From Zancudomyces culisetae HAW-14-8 (taxonomy: Eukaryota > Fungi > Kickxellomycota), in contig JBNJNM010000007.1 in NCBI GenBank assembly GCA_052426225.1, positions 992,001 through 1,056,000 on the forward strand: DNA of 64,000 nt, in the 5' to 3' direction. How positions within the stretch are numbered: position 1 is the first letter of the stretch; every line of letters begins with the position of its first letter. A program made the translations under genes and the position numbers. Below are positions 58,520 to 64,000 of the stretch, one piece after another. A model generated the notes under the pieces. That model made no database searches. It saw nothing but the letters and a program-made list of their open reading frames with translations, and had not been told where the DNA came from.

Positions 58520-61500
58520 GGGATGAGATAGCTAATTGAAAAGTAGGACGGAAGCGTAAATGATGGTGAAGAGAAGGAGAAGATTGTGAAGGAGAGAGAG
58601 AAGAGGAGGAAAGAGGCATTTGGGTGGAGGGAGAGTGGAGATCGGAGGCAGAGGCTGGTGGATGAATAGAAAAGCGACGATGAGGGTAAGGAGCGGGATT
58701 AAGGTTATGACTTTGATTTGGATTTGGATTAGTATTAGGATTAGAGTTAGAATTAGGATGAGAGTGTATGTTGGGATTAAGGTTGTGGTTGTGGTTAGGA
58801 TTAGGATTACTACTGGGATTTGTGTGGGGAGGGATTGAATTTGGAGGAGGATAAGAAGTGAAAATAGAGGGAGGATGATGATGAGATTGAGGATGAGATT
58901 GAGGGTGAGGATTATGGTGAGGTTGGGGTTGGGGTTGGGTTTGGGGTTGGGGTTGGAGTTGAGAATGAGGATGAAGTTGGGGTTGGGGTTGAAGTTGAGG
59001 ATGAGGATGAGGTTGGGGTTGGGATTGAGAATGATGGTGAGGATGAGGATGAGCATGAGCATGAGAAGGAGAAGGAGAAATGTGTTGGTGAGAAGTAGGA
59101 GAAGGATAGTTTTGAGAATAAGATATGCTGGGGTTAGAGGGTTTGCGGTACATAAGAGGAGGATATTGATAGCTGTGAGGAGGTTGATATGGGGAAGAAG
59201 AAGCAGCATCGATAGAGGTTGCAGCATGAACTAGGGATTCCAAACCGGAGAGAGAACGATGAGAAGGGTAGCGATAATGTTGTTGTTGTTGTTGTTGTTG
59301 TTGGTGATGATGGTGAAGTTGTTGTTGAAGTTGTTGTTGAAGTTGTTGTTGATATTGTGGTTGAAGTTGTTGTTGTTGAAGTTGTTGCTGAAGTTGTTGC
59401 TGATAAAGATGAGAAGTATTATCAATATCTGGATAATGATAAGGAGGAGAATGGTTGGCAGAGTCGTCAGCAGGAGCATTTAGAAGCGAGCTAATGTTAG
59501 TGATTGAGGGTCTGTGAAGTTCAGCAGGAGACGAAGGAAGCATGGGAGGCAACGAGTCAAGGGGAGGAGGTGTTGGCTGAGAGGATTCCGACGCAAGAGA
59601 ATTGATTTGTGGGTGAGTAGAGGAATGCTGAGCACCAGATAAAGACGATGAGATCGAAGAGGAAGAAGGTCGACGAAGGTGTGGGTGTTGAGAGGTGACA
59701 ACAAATGCATGCCCACCACTAATAGCCAAAGATGGTCCTCCACCAAACGAATTTGTTTGATCCTGTTCATGTTCTTGCTCTTGTTCTTGTTCTTGGTCTG
59801 GCTCTTGGTCTGGCTCTTGTTCTGGCTCTTGTTCTAGCTCTTGCACGTGTTGATCCTGTTCCTGCTCTTGTTCCTGAACTTTTTTTTGTTTTTGTTTTTG
59901 CTTTTGTTTTTGTTGCTGTTGTTGTTGTTGATATTGTTGTTGTTGTTGCTGGAGTAAAACAATGTCAGGGTTGCTTCGATCAATAGAACGTTTTTTGGTT
60001 TTGCGCTTTTTCTTCACGTGTCCGTCTTCAGCCAATAGTAGCTGGGCAGCAGCAATAAGCGGCGTTGATTGGCTGGACGATGACTGCAGTGGTTTGTGGG
60101 AGTTTTGGTATTCCAAAAGGATGGAGTCGAGGCCAAGTTTCTGGCGATGTGAACGATAGTAATTACGAACTTGGATGGGTGTCTTGGTACCCAGGGCTGA
60201 GGACAGCTGCTGCCAGTTATCGCCCATAGTTGGTAGAAGCGAGAGAAAAGTTGCGCGTTCTTGTACTGACCAATACGACGAGAAAATGGGTTTTTTAGGA
60301 TTTTTTTCGGTCGAATTATCAGTAGCGGACTCTACAGGTTGCGAGGTGGGAGTTGGTAGCTGTAAAACCGGCTCGATACTTGGTTTGGAGTCAGTAGAAA
60401 AATTGGAGAGACGGAGGGCCAGAGGAACAGAACTAGAATCCTCGTCGTCATTATCATTATCAATGTGTTTGCTAAGAGGTTTAACGGGAGATGTGGCGTT
60501 GGCAGAGTCGTCATTGTCCTTGTTTTCAGGAACGGTGTCATCAACAGGATTGGTGGTATCAACAGGATTGGAGGTATCAGAAATAACCGGTAAAGAAAGA
60601 GAAAGAGAAGGAGAAGAAGTAGCGGGTTTGGGAAGAGACGTTGTTGGCAGAGAAAGATTAAGGCCAATACTGGAAGTAGGAGTGGCCAAAACAGGCTTGG
60701 CTGGTTTGGTGACAGCAGAAACAGCAGGCTCAGCAACCAATTCACTAACCATTGCACCGCGAGTAGTGCGGTAGTGGTAGAAAAAGTAGCGACACTGTGC
60801 TTCAGTTTTGGTCTGCACAACTCGTGCAACATCAGCAAACGACCGGCCAAACCGCATAAACCCTTCTAATGCGTTCTGTCGCTCATTACGCGTCCACAAA
60901 ACAGCACCAAGTCGCTCGTCATCCAAGCCTACATCAATTGCTGGATCTAATGGTGTCTCACCAGCACCCCCGCGTGCCTGGTAGATGCGCTGAGCCACAG
61001 GCACGGCAGAAGTAGTTGGTTGAGGCGGATGCAATTGTGGCCTACTATCCATGTATGGCGGATAACTTGGGCCATAGTATAGTAAACTATCCATGTAATC
61101 TTCGCTAGCCTCAGTGTCGGATTGAATGGATTGTGAATCAAGAGTTGTTGGGATTCGACCCGAAAGAATCATTGTTGTGTCGATTTCCATATTCTCTTCT
61201 TCTTCTTCTTCTTCTTCCTCCTCCACCTCTTCTTCTTCTTTATTCTCTTTTCTTTTCTGTCCTTTTTCTTCTTTTATCTTTTCCAATTCCATTTCAACTC
61301 CAATTTCCATCTCCTTCTCTCCTTCTTTTCCTTTTTCTTCCTCTTCCTCTTCCTCTTTCTTCTTTTCCTTTTCAATATCCTTTTCTTCTTCAATGTCCTT
61401 TTTTCCTTCATTTTCATTTTCATTTTCATTTTCATTTTCATTTTCATTTTCATTTTCATTTTCATTTTCTTCCTCTTTCTTCTTTTCTTTTTCCTTTTCC

Positions 61501-63146
61501 TTCTCTTTGTCCCTTTCTCTTTCCCTTCCTCTCTCCTTCTCCCTCTCTCTTTCCCTCTCCCTTTCCCTTTCCTTCTCCTCCTTCTCCTCCTTCTCTCTTT
61601 CTCTATCTTTATCTCTTTCTTTATCTCTTTCTTTTTTATTTTCTCTTTCTAGTCTAACTGGCTGTCCGCGCTTTTCGGATCCTTGGAAAACATCAAGTTT
61701 CTTTTCTGGTGAAACAGTATCTTCTACAGATATTTCTAAACTTTTATCTCTTTTACTTTCTTCCTCTTCCTCTTCACCTTCTGTATCCTTTCTTCTTCTC
61801 TTTCTTTGTTTTCGTCTTTCATTTTCTTCCAACTCCAGCCACGGTTGTGCTGAAAATATAAAACTCTTTTTGCCACGTTTGCTCTTTTTTCGATGCTTCA
61901 ACAACATTGCTTTCAAGTTTATTTTCTTTTTATTCCGGTAATAGAAATTCACACAGTCTTTACTCGTCTTGAATTCTAACGCCTCACTGATACGCCCAAA
62001 CATCTTTGGATGCTTCAAGTACTCCCGTACAAACGTTTCAACTTCCTTTGCTGTCCAGTAACTCTTACCCCCAACCGCTCCTACTCCTATTCCCAACCTT
62101 TCCCCACTACCTACGTTTCCTTTCACACCCACTTCATAGTATTTCTTTGGCGCTAGTATCTTTCGTTGGCTCGTCATAAACCTAACTATTTCCCGCTCCT
62201 CTTTATCCATCTCCATGTTTGGTATCTTTGCCGCTGATCGCAAACTCCGAGCCTCTGGATTTCGCACTTCATCATATTGTAACCGCTGAATAATCTCTGC
62301 CAGCTCAGCTTCTGACCGCACTGAGTCGCTTATAAAGCTCTCTGATCCCTTGTTCCTAAATCGCGCCTTCGACCGGCCCTTGTATTGCACCTCTTGCAAC
62401 TCTGCTTCCCACAACTCAACCAGCTCTTGCCGTCTAATGATGTTCGCTCGTCGCCGCTTATCTTCACGTCCTCCACTTTCCAGCACCCCTCCAACTGGTG
62501 GCGATCCCCGCTCTCCGCCCGGTCCTCCCCTCCTACGTCCTGTATCGTTTATGCCTCTTCTGTACACGCGTCTTTGCTCCTCCTCCCACTCTTTCTCCAG
62601 TTCTCCTACCCGCTGCTGCCATACCTCGTACTGCTCCTTAAACTTCTTTTGCAGCTCCTTTTCTTTCGTTTCTCGCTCCTCTTGCTTTTGCTGCAGATGC
62701 TTTATCAGCTCTCCCTCTATCTCCTTGTGTCGCTGCATCTGTTCTTCCCAAAACCACCATTCTTGTGGCTCCTTGAAACTTCCTGGTACAAATTTGCTCT
62801 CCGTTTCCAAAAAATCGCGTGCTATTTTGCCTCTCACTTGTGCCGCCCGCCTCTGATTTTCCAAATATATTCGCCTCATCATTTGCTTGTCGTTTCCCTC
62901 CTCCTCTACTCCCTTTTTTGTTGCTCTTTCCTTACCCCTTTTTCCTTCTTCTTTTATCTCTAGCTCGTACCATTTGATTTTTTCTGTCTCTTCTCCTTCA
63001 TCGGAACTGTCTCCATAGAGTATATCTTCATCCTCTTCATCCTCCACGACTTTTCGTGATTTTCCTCCAATTTCAAAGATACCTTTATTCTCTGTTACTC
63101 GTGCCCTAATTGGCACCTTTTGCCAATCTCTGCTAGCAATACCCAT
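58191..63146 (-). CDS. SNT1: Snt1/NCoR-like corepressor scaffold with three SANT/Myb domains and long low-complexity tracts
   Basis: WTAKEVETFVREYLKHPKMFGRI...KDCVNFYYRNKK; WTRNERQNALEGFMRFGRSF...KTEAQCRYFF; SSYWSVQERATF...KTPIQVRNYY; upstream SDSVRSEAELAEII and AAKIPNM motifs. First ATG 63146 (63173 is TTG). Confidence 0.85.
61409..61468. repeat. (CATTTT)n hexamer repeat encoding a Glu-Asn run in Snt1
   Basis: Seen directly. Confidence 0.85.
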
Positions 63147-63648
63147 TTGCTCGTTTAATTTTGCAATTTCCAATCAAACTTGCAAAAGTCGATTTACTCA
63201 GAATATTCTACAACTTTCTTTTTGTTTTGTTATTCTACTTTTACTCTTTTTTTAATTGTTGTAACTATTTCTTTTATTACAGTAATTTCTGTATTGTATT
63301 AATTAGTTACGATTCCTTTGTTTACAACTTATAGTGGTTTCATATAATTGCCTCGCTATTATTTTTAATCCATGGCAAACTTTCGCAAATTAAACCGAAT
63401 TTGCAAATTTCCACATTTTCTTCGTGATTATACCACCTACGATTTAGGGAGCTGGTTGGAATAAATCATCAAAAGTTGGATTTTTGCGAAAAAAAAAATT
63501 TTTTTTTCCAGCTATAATATTGCCTTACTCCATAATTAAAATAAAAAAGGCCAAAATTAAAAGTGCACCTAATAAAAGATATTGTTATACTCAACAACGT
63601 AATAACTGTAGAATTAGCATATAAATAAAATATAAAGACGGACACAAG

Positions 63649-64000
63649 ATGGCGATTAGCGAATTTGAGGCCCAAGTCTTCCAGAAAGTTCACCCTAAAG
63701 AATACCAACAGCGATTTTTGGCACAGGCTATCCGAACCGATGGAAGAGCCTTTGATCAATTCCGAAATACAAAAATCACAAAAGGAGGAATCGAAACCGC
63801 TCACGGTTCATCCACCGTAAGGATTGGTCGAACAACAGTTGTCTGTGGAATCAAGGGCGAAGTTTGTGAGCCTAGGCTGATATCTGCGGCTTACCCCCAA
63901 GCCGGTTCTCGCGGCTTTATAGTCCCAAGCGTAAAACTAACCAGCATCAGTTCGAGCAAGTTTTTGCAAGGTGGTGCAACAAATCAGATATCTCAAGTAT
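63649..64000 (+). CDS. RRP43: Exosome core subunit Rrp43/EXOSC8, 5' part (runs off the window)
   Basis: FQKVHPKEYQQRFLAQAIRTDGRAFDQFR...AHGSSTVRIGRTTVVCGIKGEV...GFIVPSV (RNase PH fold). Confidence 0.9.
   Translation, partial: MAISEFEAQVFQKVHPKEYQQRFLAQAIRTDGRAFDQFRNTKITKGGIETAHGSSTVRIGRTTVVCGIKGEVCEPRLISAAYPQAGSRGFIVPSVKLTSISSSKFLQGGATNQISQV

Noticed and set aside
1-64000. tRNA, rRNA, transposon, CRISPR or bacterial-type systems
   Set aside because: None recognised: no cloverleaf, transposase or RT motifs, terminal repeats or spacer arrays; the sequence is eukaryotic.

Overview
AT-rich eukaryotic nuclear DNA with short GT-AG introns and CTAAC-type branch points. Gene content is fungal (Bem1, Gcn4/CpcA, Zap1-like, Ino4-like, Snt1, Nse3, ACS-family permease). 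An early-diverging fungus, possibly Kickxellomycotina/Harpellales, is plausible but is inference. About 19 protein genes can be built, several multi-exon and missed by the ORF track (SEC5 exon 1, ERD2, PHO80-like cyclin, EAF, NSE3, J-protein, bHLH, RRP43). Highlights: (1) a spliced non-coding host gene at ~33.2-33.9 kb carrying intronic box C/D snoRNAs matching snR78 and snR75; (2) a GCN4/cpcA gene with a four-uORF leader and an apparent leader intron that would remove uORFs 2-4; (3) an aquaglyceroporin whose second motif is NPILD instead of NPARD, with a Lys at the helix-5 filter position; (4) an accessory block at 0-10 kb with a catalytically dead, probably GPI-anchored trypsin homologue and two tandem F-box-like/ankyrin genes; (5) a repeated mid-gene flip in strand composition. 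Several 1-nt indels in short homopolymers, one in NSE3, suggest assembly errors, so the apparent pseudogenes are uncertain. Family calls rest on motif recognition from memory; no searches were run.
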